IMG/VR virus record: IMGVR_UViG_3300046804_003469
Location: 151,028 to 215,027 of that record
DNA length: 64,000 nt
Strand: one strand, 5' to 3'
The notes under the pieces were generated by a model. That model saw nothing but the letters and a program-made list of their open reading frames with translations, was not told where the DNA came from and made no database searches. How positions within the stretch are numbered: the stretch's first letter is position 1; each line of letters opens with the position of its first letter. Shown in pieces: positions 49,103 through 57,048 of this stretch. Both the position numbers and the translations under genes were made by a program.

Positions 49103-49744
49103 ATGCAGAACATCTTTACTGTAGCCCTGCCTCTTCTGGCAACGGTTACAACCACAACGGCATCCCTGCCTTCAGTGTTTCCTCCTCCCCCAGTAAATGG
49201 TCCTCCACCGTTTTCTATTATTAAAGAGGAGCCTACATCAAAGACAGCAATCCGAGAGGTTGCTCCCGAAAAACCTAAAGAGAAAAGGCTAATTTGTAAA
49301 GGGTGTAATGAAAATGAAAATGTTGCCCTGGATTATTTCCAGGACATTGGAGTTAAAGACAGAAACGCCCTTGCTACTATCATGGGCAATATTAGACAGG
49401 AATCAACATTCGTGCCTAATATTTGTGAAGGTGGTAGCAGAACCAGTTGGGGTAACTGCTACGGCGGTTATGGACTGATTCAATGGACATCTTCCAATAG
49501 ATATTATGGATTGGGTGATTTTGCTAAGAAGTTTGGTGGTTCACCATCATCTCTTCATACGCAACTTCGTTATCTAACAAATGAAGTCCAGTGGAAAGAA
49601 ATTGAGGAGAAGATGAAAACTCCTGGTAAATCAATTTCTCGTTATATGGACTATGCATATAGTTGGATTGGTTGGGGGCATCATGGCGCCCGTACATCTT
49701 ATGCCTATGATTATGCGTCCCGACTAACTATGGTAGAAGTTTGA
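49103..49744 (+). CDS. Phage tail-type lysozyme / cell wall hydrolase with signal-like N-terminus
   Basis: IMGNIRQES...GYGLIQWT...R...QLRYL. Confidence 0.8.
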   Translation: MQNIFTVALPLLATVTTTTASLPSVFPPPPVNGPPPFSIIKEEPTSKTAIREVAPEKPKEKRLICKGCNENENVALDYFQDIGVKDRNALATIMGNIRQESTFVPNICEGGSRTSWGNCYGGYGLIQWTSSNRYYGLGDFAKKFGGSPSSLHTQLRYLTNEVQWKEIEEKMKTPGKSISRYMDYAYSWIGWGHHGARTSYAYDYASRLTMVEV

Positions 49745-49764
49745 TACAATAGAATACTAAAATT

Positions 49765-49796
49765 ATCGGGGAGAAATCCCCGATTTTTTATAAATA
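49765..49796 (+). terminator. Terminator fused to late promoter
   Basis: ATCGGGGA-GAAA-TCCCCGAT + T run; TATAAATA 49789-49796. Confidence 0.85.
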
Positions 49797-49815
49797 TTTT
49801 AAAATAATTATAAAA

Positions 49816-50448
49816 ATGAATTTAAAAGAACTTCAAAATTTGCATGAAGCATATCTGGAGGTTTATAAACCCATATTAAATGAAAGAGAAGAATCTACTA
49901 TTTCTAGAGCAAGTAGAAAATTAGTAGATGTTGCAGTGAAGCAACCATTAAAAAGAGCAATAAAAAAAAGTGTTAAAACTGGACTTGGTGCTGCAAAAGA
50001 AGTTGCAAAGGCTCCAGTAAGAGCAGTAATGAAGCATGGTTCTGAACAACCAGAAGGAACTAAAAGAAGAGCAGTATCTGATTTTTTACATAAAGTTCGT
50101 CACGCAACATTATCTCCAAAAGAAAGAAAGAGAAGAGAAAAAGAACAAGATAAGAAAAATAAGGAATTGGAAAAATTTAGAAGAAAAAGAGAAAGAGCAA
50201 GAGCAGCAGCAAGAAGACAACATCAAAGAACTAGACATCTTACTGGAAAATATAGAAACGTTGGTGTGGGATCTAGAGAATCTGTGAGAGAGAAATATGA
50301 TGTGTATGATATTATTCTTACATATCTTCTTGAAGAAGAATATGCTAGTACAATAAAAGAAGCAGAAATTATTATGATAAATATGGATGAAGAATTAAGA
50401 AACGATATCCTTCAAGAGGTATTCGATTCTTATGCAATTCAATTTTAA
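49816..50448 (+). CDS. Arg/Lys-rich protein, paralogous architecture to 37224-38315
   Basis: LHEAYLEVY N-terminus; YLLEEEYA...IMINMDEEL C-terminal module. Confidence 0.75.
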   Translation: MNLKELQNLHEAYLEVYKPILNEREESTISRASRKLVDVAVKQPLKRAIKKSVKTGLGAAKEVAKAPVRAVMKHGSEQPEGTKRRAVSDFLHKVRHATLSPKERKRREKEQDKKNKELEKFRRKRERARAAARRQHQRTRHLTGKYRNVGVGSRESVREKYDVYDIILTYLLEEEYASTIKEAEIIMINMDEELRNDILQEVFDSYAIQF

Positions 50449-50851
50449 TTTTGGCAAGAAAAAACCAACAATAATTCAATATGCAATTATAGGAGTGGTA
50501 TTGTCATCATTGATTGGTGGATTATCTCAATGTACTCATATTCAAGAAGATGATTTTTGGTATTTGTTGGATCAAATACAAAGAAGGTTTTTTCCTCAAA
50601 GTCCGATCAATGATTTTATTATTTCAGATCCTAAGTTATTAAATCGCAGAATCAAAGGAGATGTTGATGATGCAATTCGACAGGTGACATCAGAGTATGA
50701 TAGAATTATCAAAGAAGCAAATAAAAAGTTTCAACCACGTTATGAAGACTTGCCAAACGATGAAAGCGTGTGTTACACTGATAAATGTAAAGCACTCGCA
50801 CCACCTATGAGAATCTGTGCCCCATGGGTTGACAACTGCCTTAAGGACTGA
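50432..50851 (+). CDS. Membrane-anchored hypothetical protein
   Basis: N-terminal TM, C-terminal Cys cluster CYTDKC...CAPWVDNC. Confidence 0.7.
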   Translation: MQFNFNFGKKKPTIIQYAIIGVVLSSLIGGLSQCTHIQEDDFWYLLDQIQRRFFPQSPINDFIISDPKLLNRRIKGDVDDAIRQVTSEYDRIIKEANKKFQPRYEDLPNDESVCYTDKCKALAPPMRICAPWVDNCLKD

Positions 50852-50866
50852 TAAGATAATTTGGTT

Positions 50867-50948
50867 GGGTAGGTTTCCGAGTGGTTAAAGGAATCTGACT
50901 GTAAATCAGACGGCTCTGCCTTCACTGGTTCAAATCCAGTCCTGCCCA
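50867..50948 (+). tRNA. tRNA-Tyr(GUA)
   Basis: GGGTAGG/CCTGCCC acceptor, TCTGA-CTGTAAA-TCAGA, long variable arm. Confidence 0.95.
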
Positions 50949-50949
50949 C

Positions 50950-50978
50950 TTGACAATCAAATCCTGAACTGGTATGAT
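50950..50978 (+). promoter_or_regulatory. Sigma70-type promoter
   Basis: TTGACA-17 nt-TATGAT with TGn. Confidence 0.75.
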
Positions 50979-51064
50979 TGTTTTATGGGTTTCAGAAGTC
51001 CAAATTCTGAGTAATTCCCACCCCTTCCATGCCTCTCAACGATGCACAAACAGGAAGGTCTCTT

Positions 51065-51138
51065 GGGCTAGTAACTCAGTGGAATAGAGTAACGCTCTTC
51101 TAAAGCGTGAGTCGTTGGTTCGAATCCAACCTAGCCCG
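51065..51138 (+). tRNA. tRNA-Arg(UCU)
   Basis: GGGCTAG/CTAGCCC, ACGCT-CTTCTAA-AGCGT, GTTCGAATC. Confidence 0.95.
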
Positions 51139-51155
51139 TTGTCCTTTTTTCTTTT

Positions 51156-51356
51156 ATGGACAAATACACCTTTGGTGGACAACAACCATCATCCGTTAAT
51201 CTTCTTAGACTCATTAGTGAGTTGGAAGGATCTTATCAAATGCTACACTATATGGCTTTTGAAGAAGATCGTGATATAATAGATGAAATGAAGAAGAGAT
51301 ATTATAAACTCTACTTCAAAACCGTAAAAGAAGAAAAGGCAAACATTCCCTTATAG
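51156..51356 (+). CDS. Small hypothetical protein
   Basis: 66 aa LRLISELEGSYQ...MKKRYYKLYFK. Confidence 0.7.
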   Translation: MDKYTFGGQQPSSVNLLRLISELEGSYQMLHYMAFEEDRDIIDEMKKRYYKLYFKTVKEEKANIPL

Positions 51357-51695
51357 ATTACGAATTTCGTGATGAATTTCTGAATGGCAGTTTGAACATA
51401 CTAGGATACATTTATCTAATTCTTCTTTGACTTTTTCCCAACTTCTAGTATGACCACCTTTAGACAAATAAAAATCTTTTTCTTTTGGATTTAAGTGGTG
51501 AAATTCTAATGCCCAGTGAGAACGATTATAACCACAACATTGACAAGCACCGCCTTTATACGCTATGCTATCTCTTTTAAGGTTCTTTCTTCTCTGGTCT
51601 ACATAATATTTGTTCTTGCATTGTTTAGAGCAAAATTTACCTCTACCATTGTAAATAACTGCTTCTTCTAAACATAAGTGCCAAGCACATTTCAT
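51351..51695 (-). CDS. Free-standing HNH homing endonuclease inserted in tRNA cluster
   Basis: CQCCGY...LEFHHLNP...CILVCSNCHSEIH; N-terminal Cys-rich FCSKQC; only convincing minus-strand gene; TATAAATA on minus strand at 51720-51727. Confidence 0.9.
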   Translation of the reverse strand: MKCAWHLCLEEAVIYNGRGKFCSKQCKNKYYVDQRRKNLKRDSIAYKGGACQCCGYNRSHWALEFHHLNPKEKDFYLSKGGHTRSWEKVKEELDKCILVCSNCHSEIHHEIRNL

Positions 51696-51738
51696 AAGAT
51701 TAACACGAATTGCTAATCTTATTTATAAAGTAAAACAT

Positions 51739-51811
51739 TGGGGTGTAGCTCAGCGGTAGTAGCGGGATGCTGTTAACATCTAGGTCGCAGGTTCGATCCC
51801 TGCCGCCCCAG
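51739..51811 (+). tRNA. tRNA-Asn(GUU)
   Basis: TGGGGTG/CGCCCCA, GGATG-CTGTTAA-CATCT, GTTCGATC; discriminator G. Confidence 0.92.
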
Positions 51812-51892
51812 TCGGAAGATCTGGAAATGTTCGGGTCTTCCTTGCTAAAACCTAGAGTTTTTCTAGGTCAGGGGGATGGCCTCCCCTGTTTC

Positions 51893-51964
51893 GGGAGATT
51901 AACTCAGCGGTAGAGTGGCTGCCTTACAAGCAGTAAGTCATTGGTTCGAATCCGATATTTCCCA
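51893..51964 (+). tRNA. tRNA-Val(UAC)
   Basis: GGGAGAT/ATTTCCC, GCTGC-CTTACAA-GCAGT. Confidence 0.93.
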
Positions 51965-51991
51965 CTTGCATAAATACTTTTAAAAAGTATA

Positions 51992-52435
51992 ATGGAAAAA
52001 CTGTTCAAACTATTAAGTGATGCTCAGGCATCTCTTTTTGTTTTATTTCAAAAAACTTGGATTTATCATTGGGATGTAGTTGGTCCTAATTTTCAACAAC
52101 TACACACTCTTTTTGGTGGACAGTATGAAACTATGTTTGAAGAGATTGATACTCTTACTGAACATATGAGATACTTAGGGATGAAACCTGTAAGTACTCT
52201 TACAAGAATTACTGAGGTGACACAGATTGAGCAGGCATCAAATAGTGCTCAAGATGTTGATGCAATGGAAATGGTTAGACAACTTCGTGATGATAATAAA
52301 AAGATTGTAGAAATTTTTGCAGATATTTCTGAAGAAGCAGATAACCAAAAACAATATGCTACTTCAAATCTTGTTCAAAGTTTAATGGAAACTCATGGTA
52401 AATTCCATTGGATGTTGAGATCTGTATTAGAATAA
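51992..52435 (+). CDS. dps: Dps / ferritin-like DNA protection protein
   Basis: YHWDVVGPNFQQLHTLF...IDTLTEH...HGKFHWML. Confidence 0.92.
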   Translation: MEKLFKLLSDAQASLFVLFQKTWIYHWDVVGPNFQQLHTLFGGQYETMFEEIDTLTEHMRYLGMKPVSTLTRITEVTQIEQASNSAQDVDAMEMVRQLRDDNKKIVEIFADISEEADNQKQYATSNLVQSLMETHGKFHWMLRSVLE

Positions 52436-52449
52436 AATGGTAATGAAAA

Positions 52450-52707
52450 ATGGAAAATGTAAAAATCAGATGTCGTTCCTGTGGAAAAGAACTTGAAGGA
52501 CATTCAACTAAAACTATAACATGTGGTTGTTCAAATATGGCAACTATTCGCGGTGGAGTTATTTCAGCTGTTGACTTATCTAAGATAGTTATGTTAAACT
52601 CTATAAATACAAAACAAAAATCTAGTGTTTTAACAAACGAAGATATTGCTTGGCAAGAAGCAAGGCGTCAACGTAAGGTAAAACGTTTAGATTTTGAAGT
52701 CCGTTGA
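52450..52707 (+). CDS. Zn-binding hypothetical protein
   Basis: CRSCG...CGCSN; C-terminal RKVKRLDFEVR. Confidence 0.75.
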   Translation: MENVKIRCRSCGKELEGHSTKTITCGCSNMATIRGGVISAVDLSKIVMLNSINTKQKSSVLTNEDIAWQEARRQRKVKRLDFEVR

Positions 52708-52717
52708 GGACTTTTTT

Positions 52718-52801
52718 GGAAAGGTGACCGAGTGGTTTAAGGTAACAGTCTTGAAAACTGTCGTGTTAGTAGCACCGTGGGTTCGAATCCCACCCTTTCC
52801 G
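52718..52801 (+). tRNA. tRNA-Ser(UGA)
   Basis: GGAAAGG/CCTTTCC, ACAGT-CTTGAAA-ACTGT, long variable arm, discriminator G. Confidence 0.95.
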
Positions 52802-52914
52802 TTTAGAAATATTACAAAATTTAAGAATGTCTTAATGAGTGTGTCGTAATGAACACATAGTTGACGAAGTAGAAGTACTCACTATCATAACTAGTAGTAC
52901 GCATCTAAAAACCT

Positions 52915-53064
52915 ATGGATCAACATACCTACGATAATTGGGTAAAGATCAAGGAGACATTCGAAAAGTCTGGTAATACGGACAATATGTTTTACAAAAG
53001 AGCATGTGAAATAGTTAAAACTAAAAGAGATCCTCTGGCAAAATTTTTCGGAGATGAGCAGTGA
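52915..53064 (+). CDS. Small hypothetical protein
   Basis: Unannotated 49-aa ORF MDQHTYDNWVKIKETFEKSGNTDNMFYKRA...; TTGACG-16-TATCAT promoter at 52861. Confidence 0.75.
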   Translation: MDQHTYDNWVKIKETFEKSGNTDNMFYKRACEIVKTKRDPLAKFFGDEQ

Positions 53065-53267
53065 TGCAACCATATGACGATGATTATGCGACACATTCTG
53101 AAGTTCAGGAGATGATTGATGCAGCAATACGACGACACAACCGTAATGCTTCTATCATTAGTATGTGCGTCGGTTGGGTGGTTCTTGCTTTATTTGCTGA
53201 GGGACTTTTGAGATTAATTGGAGTCATTCCACCTCTACTTCCATGGTTAAAAATCACACTAAATTAA
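53064..53267 (+). CDS. Small membrane protein
   Basis: HNRNASIISMCVGWVVLALFAEGLLRLIGVIPP; TGATG coupling. Confidence 0.7.
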   Translation: MQPYDDDYATHSEVQEMIDAAIRRHNRNASIISMCVGWVVLALFAEGLLRLIGVIPPLLPWLKITLN

Positions 53268-53271
53268 ACTA

Positions 53272-53397
53272 ATGATTAGAACCATATTTACAGCGATCAC
53301 TCTTTTTGGTGCAATTGCACTCTTTATTATTTGGGGATTAAATAACGCATATCCACAAACGGAGTTATTACATGAAGATTTTTTTAGACACGGCTGA
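53272..53397 (+). CDS. Single-TM peptide, NdhQ-like candidate
   Basis: Unannotated 41-aa ORF MIRTIFTAITLFGAIALFIIWGLNNAYPQ... overlapping talC start. Confidence 0.55.
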   Translation: MIRTIFTAITLFGAIALFIIWGLNNAYPQTELLHEDFFRHG

Positions 53398-54040
53398 CGT
53401 TTCTTTTATTCAACCAGCGTATGAGACAGGGTTAATTGATGGAGTCACTACGAACCCATCACTCATTCTCAAAAGCGGTAGACAACTTCTAGAAGTCATT
53501 AGAGAACTTGCTAAGTTTGAAAACTTACAAAGTATCTCTGCAGAAGTTGTTGCAGATACTGCAGAAGAAATGCTCACAGAAGCACAAAAGTATTATTCAA
53601 TTGCACCTGCAGTTACCATCAAGGTTCCATGCACGGTAGAAGGTCTTAAGGCTTGTAAGTTTCTAACTAATGTTGGTGTTCAAGTCAATGTCACATTAGT
53701 ATTCTCAGTGGCACAAGCAATCCTTGCGTCCAAAGCGGGAGCAACATTCATCTCTCCTTTCGTAGGAAGATGGATGGATAATTCGATTGATGGTGTGGAG
53801 ATCATCAGAAACATCCGTCAGGCATTTGATTACTCAAGAACAAAAACTCAGATCCTTGCTGCATCTATTCGTGATGTCAGACAGGTAGAACAGGCTGCAC
53901 TCAATGGTGCAGATGTGGTTACAATTCCACCAGTCGTTTTTTGGGGAATGTATAAGAATATTCTGACCGATAGGGGAATTGAATTGTTTCAAAAAGATTG
54001 GGAGGAAGTGCTTAGGGGTATTAATGATGAAAAAGTTTAA
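53372..54040 (+). CDS. talC: Transaldolase (TalC type)
   Basis: IFLDTAD, GVTTNPSL, IKVP, NVTLVFS, SPFVGR, LAASIR. Confidence 0.97.
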   Translation: MKIFLDTADVSFIQPAYETGLIDGVTTNPSLILKSGRQLLEVIRELAKFENLQSISAEVVADTAEEMLTEAQKYYSIAPAVTIKVPCTVEGLKACKFLTNVGVQVNVTLVFSVAQAILASKAGATFISPFVGRWMDNSIDGVEIIRNIRQAFDYSRTKTQILAASIRDVRQVEQAALNGADVVTIPPVVFWGMYKNILTDRGIELFQKDWEEVLRGINDEKV

Positions 54041-54527
54041 TGATATTGTTTTATTAATTACAGTATCAATTATTGATTTTCTTTATGAAAATTATCCAAT
54101 ACAAAGATTTTGGATTTTGGAAACAATTGCCAGAGCACCTTATTTTTCATTTTTAAGTGTTCTTCATTTGAGAGAATCATTAGGATTGCGTGGAGAAGAC
54201 CACTTATATCTTATGAAAGAACACTTTTCTCAGACTTTAAATGAAACTGAACATCTGGAATATATGGAAAGCATCGGTGGTGCTGATCGTTGGATTGATC
54301 GTTTATTTGCTTGGCACTTGGTTTTGGTCTATTACTGGATTATGGTTGGTTACTATCTCATTAATCCTGTGGATGCTTATCATTTAAATGCTGGTATTGA
54401 ACTACATGCAACTGAAACTTACCTTGATTATCTTTGGGACCATCCTGAGGATCAAAAGATTTCTGAGATTGCTGTAGATGAAATGAATCATTATATTGAA
54501 CTTACAAGAGCGATGGAGTTGATATGA
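54024..54527 (+). CDS. ptox: Plastoquinol terminal oxidase
   Basis: RFWILETIARAPYF, NETEHL, ELHATETY, DEMNH di-iron motifs. Confidence 0.93.
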   Translation: MMKKFNDIVLLITVSIIDFLYENYPIQRFWILETIARAPYFSFLSVLHLRESLGLRGEDHLYLMKEHFSQTLNETEHLEYMESIGGADRWIDRLFAWHLVLVYYWIMVGYYLINPVDAYHLNAGIELHATETYLDYLWDHPEDQKISEIAVDEMNHYIELTRAMELI

Positions 54528-55855
54528 AAGTGTTAGTTATATTTGGTGCGACAGGCGACCTATGCCGTAAAAAATTGATACCAGCACTCTATACTCTTCA
54601 TAAGAAAGGTCTTTTACCAAAAGGTCTGAAGATTATAGGTGCCTCTAGAACTCAACATACTAAGGAGAGTTGGGTTGAAGTTCTTGGCAGTTATTCCCAA
54701 GAGTTTATCAAGAGACTTGAATATGTTCCTTGTGACTTGAGTGATGCAGAGTCTCTTAAATCATTAGAATCCTCTGAAGATATGACTTATTTTCTTTCTG
54801 TACCACCAGAAAGATATGCCGATGCCGTTACAAATCTAAAAGAAGCAGGTAAGTTAGATGACGCAGAAAAATCTAGAGTCATTATTGAGAAACCTTTTGG
54901 CACCGATCTTCAATCTGCTAATTATTTACAATCTGTGGTTTCTGGATATCTACGCGAGAAACAAGTATATCGCATTGACCATTATCTCGGTAAAGATACT
55001 GTTAATAATATCCTTGCCACCCGCTTTAGCAATATACTTCTGGAGCCACTCTGGAACAGGAACTTCATAGAAGAAGTTCAGATCTTTGCAACTGAAACAA
55101 TCGGTTGTGAAGGTCGTGCTCAGTATTATGATACTGCTGGTGCTGTGAGAGATATGTTACAGAACCATATGCTTCAGGTGCTTGCTCTGATTGCAATGGA
55201 ACCACCTTGTAAGAATGATGCGAGGGAAATCCGTAGAGAGAAGGTTAAGGTTCTTGCTGCGACAAGACTTGGTGATAATGTAGTTCTTGGGCAATATGAT
55301 GGATACAAGAACGAGGATGGTGTAAAACCAGAATCACAGACACCAACCTTTGTTGCTGGTGAATTGTATGTTGATAATTGGAGATGGAAAGGTGTTCCTT
55401 TTTACTTTATGACTGGTAAGAAAATGCCTGTCAATTGTGTAGAAGTTGTGATTAAATTTAAGTCACCACCACAACAACTTTTTGATGGTCATGAGTGTAA
55501 TGACCGAATAGTAATGAGATTGCAACCAGATCCCCATCTGGATATGCGTATTGATATTAAGTCGCCTGGACTCAATGATATGGTAGAACCAGCACTTCTT
55601 CAGTATCATTATCCAGTAGAGAAAGCGATTGATGGTTATGTAAAACTCTTTTATGATGCAATCAATGAAGACCAGTCACACTTCGTCCACGCAGATGAAG
55701 TGTTGGAGTCCTGGAGAATTGTTGATGACCTCCTTTGTACTGGAGATTCTTGCCGTATTATGACGATGCCATATCTTTATAATGAAGGTATTTGGGGACC
55801 ACTAACTAAAACAGAACTTATTACAAAGTGGGACTATCCACTTAAACTCAAGTAG
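54524..55855 (+). CDS. zwf: Glucose-6-phosphate dehydrogenase
   Basis: GATGDL, EKPFG, RIDHYLGK, RDMLQNH, RWKGVPF. Confidence 0.98.
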   Translation: MKVLVIFGATGDLCRKKLIPALYTLHKKGLLPKGLKIIGASRTQHTKESWVEVLGSYSQEFIKRLEYVPCDLSDAESLKSLESSEDMTYFLSVPPERYADAVTNLKEAGKLDDAEKSRVIIEKPFGTDLQSANYLQSVVSGYLREKQVYRIDHYLGKDTVNNILATRFSNILLEPLWNRNFIEEVQIFATETIGCEGRAQYYDTAGAVRDMLQNHMLQVLALIAMEPPCKNDAREIRREKVKVLAATRLGDNVVLGQYDGYKNEDGVKPESQTPTFVAGELYVDNWRWKGVPFYFMTGKKMPVNCVEVVIKFKSPPQQLFDGHECNDRIVMRLQPDPHLDMRIDIKSPGLNDMVEPALLQYHYPVEKAIDGYVKLFYDAINEDQSHFVHADEVLESWRIVDDLLCTGDSCRIMTMPYLYNEGIWGPLTKTELITKWDYPLKLK

Positions 55856-55865
55856 GAGAGAAGAA

Positions 55866-56900
55866 ATGAAAGTAGGACTAATCGGACTGGGAAGAATGGG
55901 AGAAGGAATGTCTCGCCGTATGATGAAATCTGGAATCGAGGTCTGGGGTTATCGAAGGAGTTATGAAAAAGCAAATGAAGCATTTGAAAAAGGATATGTT
56001 AATGGAATTACAACTGATATTGAAAATCTTGTTAGAGTAGTTAAACAAAATAAAAATGGTGGAACGCAACCAGGAATTTTCCAAATGGTTGTTCCAGCAG
56101 AAACAGTAGAGGAGACAATCAATGAGTTACTACGATATTGTGGTGAAGGAGATATTATTATTGATCATGGCAATAGCAATTTTAAGGACAGTCGGAAAAG
56201 AGCAGAACGCCTGGCAAAACTTGGTATCCAATATATTGATTGTGGCACTAGCGGTGGTGTCTACGGTTTGGATCGTGGATACTGTCTTATGGTTGGTGGC
56301 GGAGATACTGCAGTCGCCACTTGTTCGCGCATTTTTAATGCCCTCGCTCCAGGAATTGACGCTGCCCCGAGGACTCAGTTTGACTCAGACATAACCTCTG
56401 CAGAGTATGGATGGTTGCATTGCGGTGGTCCTGGTGCTGGTCACTTTGTAAAGATGGTTCACAATGGAATCGAATATGGTATCATGCAGGCATACGCTGA
56501 AGGATTCAATATCATCAAGAATGCTAACAACGGAGCACAGTATGTCAGAGAAGGAGACGCAGAGGTTGCCCCTATGGCAGATCCAGAATCTTACTGCTAT
56601 GATATTGATGTTGCTGAGGTTGCTGAGTTATGGCGTCGTGGTAGCGTTGTTGGTTCTTGGTTACTTGATCTTACTGCTGATGTGCTTCGGGGCAATCGTG
56701 AGCTTAAACAATTCTCTGGTGGGGTATCAGACAGTGGTGAGGGTCGTTGGACTGTTTCTGCCGCTGTGGATTTGGGGATTCCCGCTCCTGTCATTACTAC
56801 TGCCTTATTTGAAAGATTTAACTCACGTAATCTTGGATCATTCGGAGCAAGAATTCTGAATGGTATGCGTTATATGTTCGGAGGACATCACGTAAGATAA
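55866..56900 (+). CDS. gnd: 6-phosphogluconate dehydrogenase (short form)
   Basis: GLGRMG, GHFVKMVHNGIEY, SGEGRWT, MRYMFGGH. Confidence 0.98.
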   Translation: MKVGLIGLGRMGEGMSRRMMKSGIEVWGYRRSYEKANEAFEKGYVNGITTDIENLVRVVKQNKNGGTQPGIFQMVVPAETVEETINELLRYCGEGDIIIDHGNSNFKDSRKRAERLAKLGIQYIDCGTSGGVYGLDRGYCLMVGGGDTAVATCSRIFNALAPGIDAAPRTQFDSDITSAEYGWLHCGGPGAGHFVKMVHNGIEYGIMQAYAEGFNIIKNANNGAQYVREGDAEVAPMADPESYCYDIDVAEVAELWRRGSVVGSWLLDLTADVLRGNRELKQFSGGVSDSGEGRWTVSAAVDLGIPAPVITTALFERFNSRNLGSFGARILNGMRYMFGGHHVR

Positions 56901-56904
56901 AAAA

Positions 56905-57048
56905 ATGGAATTTGTTTTTAGGTTTGTAGAATTTGTGCTAAATAATCCCACATCACTTTTTATAATTGGTGTGGGGTTGACAGTCGTTCCCACAATGGGT
57001 ATAATGTATGTACATTCAATAAAAGATGAGAAAAACAACGGGGCGTAG
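56905..57048 (+). CDS. Small membrane peptide whose stop codon lies inside tRNA-Pro
   Basis: Unannotated 47-aa ORF MEFVFRFVEFVLNNPTSLFIIGVGLTVVPTMGIMYVH...GA*. Confidence 0.6.
   Translation: MEFVFRFVEFVLNNPTSLFIIGVGLTVVPTMGIMYVHSIKDEKNNGA
56977..57005 (+). promoter_or_regulatory. Perfect-consensus sigma70 promoter for tRNA-Pro block
   Basis: TTGACA-17 nt-TATAAT. Confidence 0.85.

Noticed and set aside
52718-52801. Possible opal suppressor or Sec tRNA
   Set aside because: Anticodon is UGA (reads UCA, Ser), not UCA. Core genes end on normal stops with no sign of recoding.
52801-52860. Pho box, HLR1 or NtcA site upstream of the AMG block
   Set aside because: TTAA repeats at 11-nt spacing exist but match the consensus poorly in AT-rich DNA; no GTA-N8-TAC.
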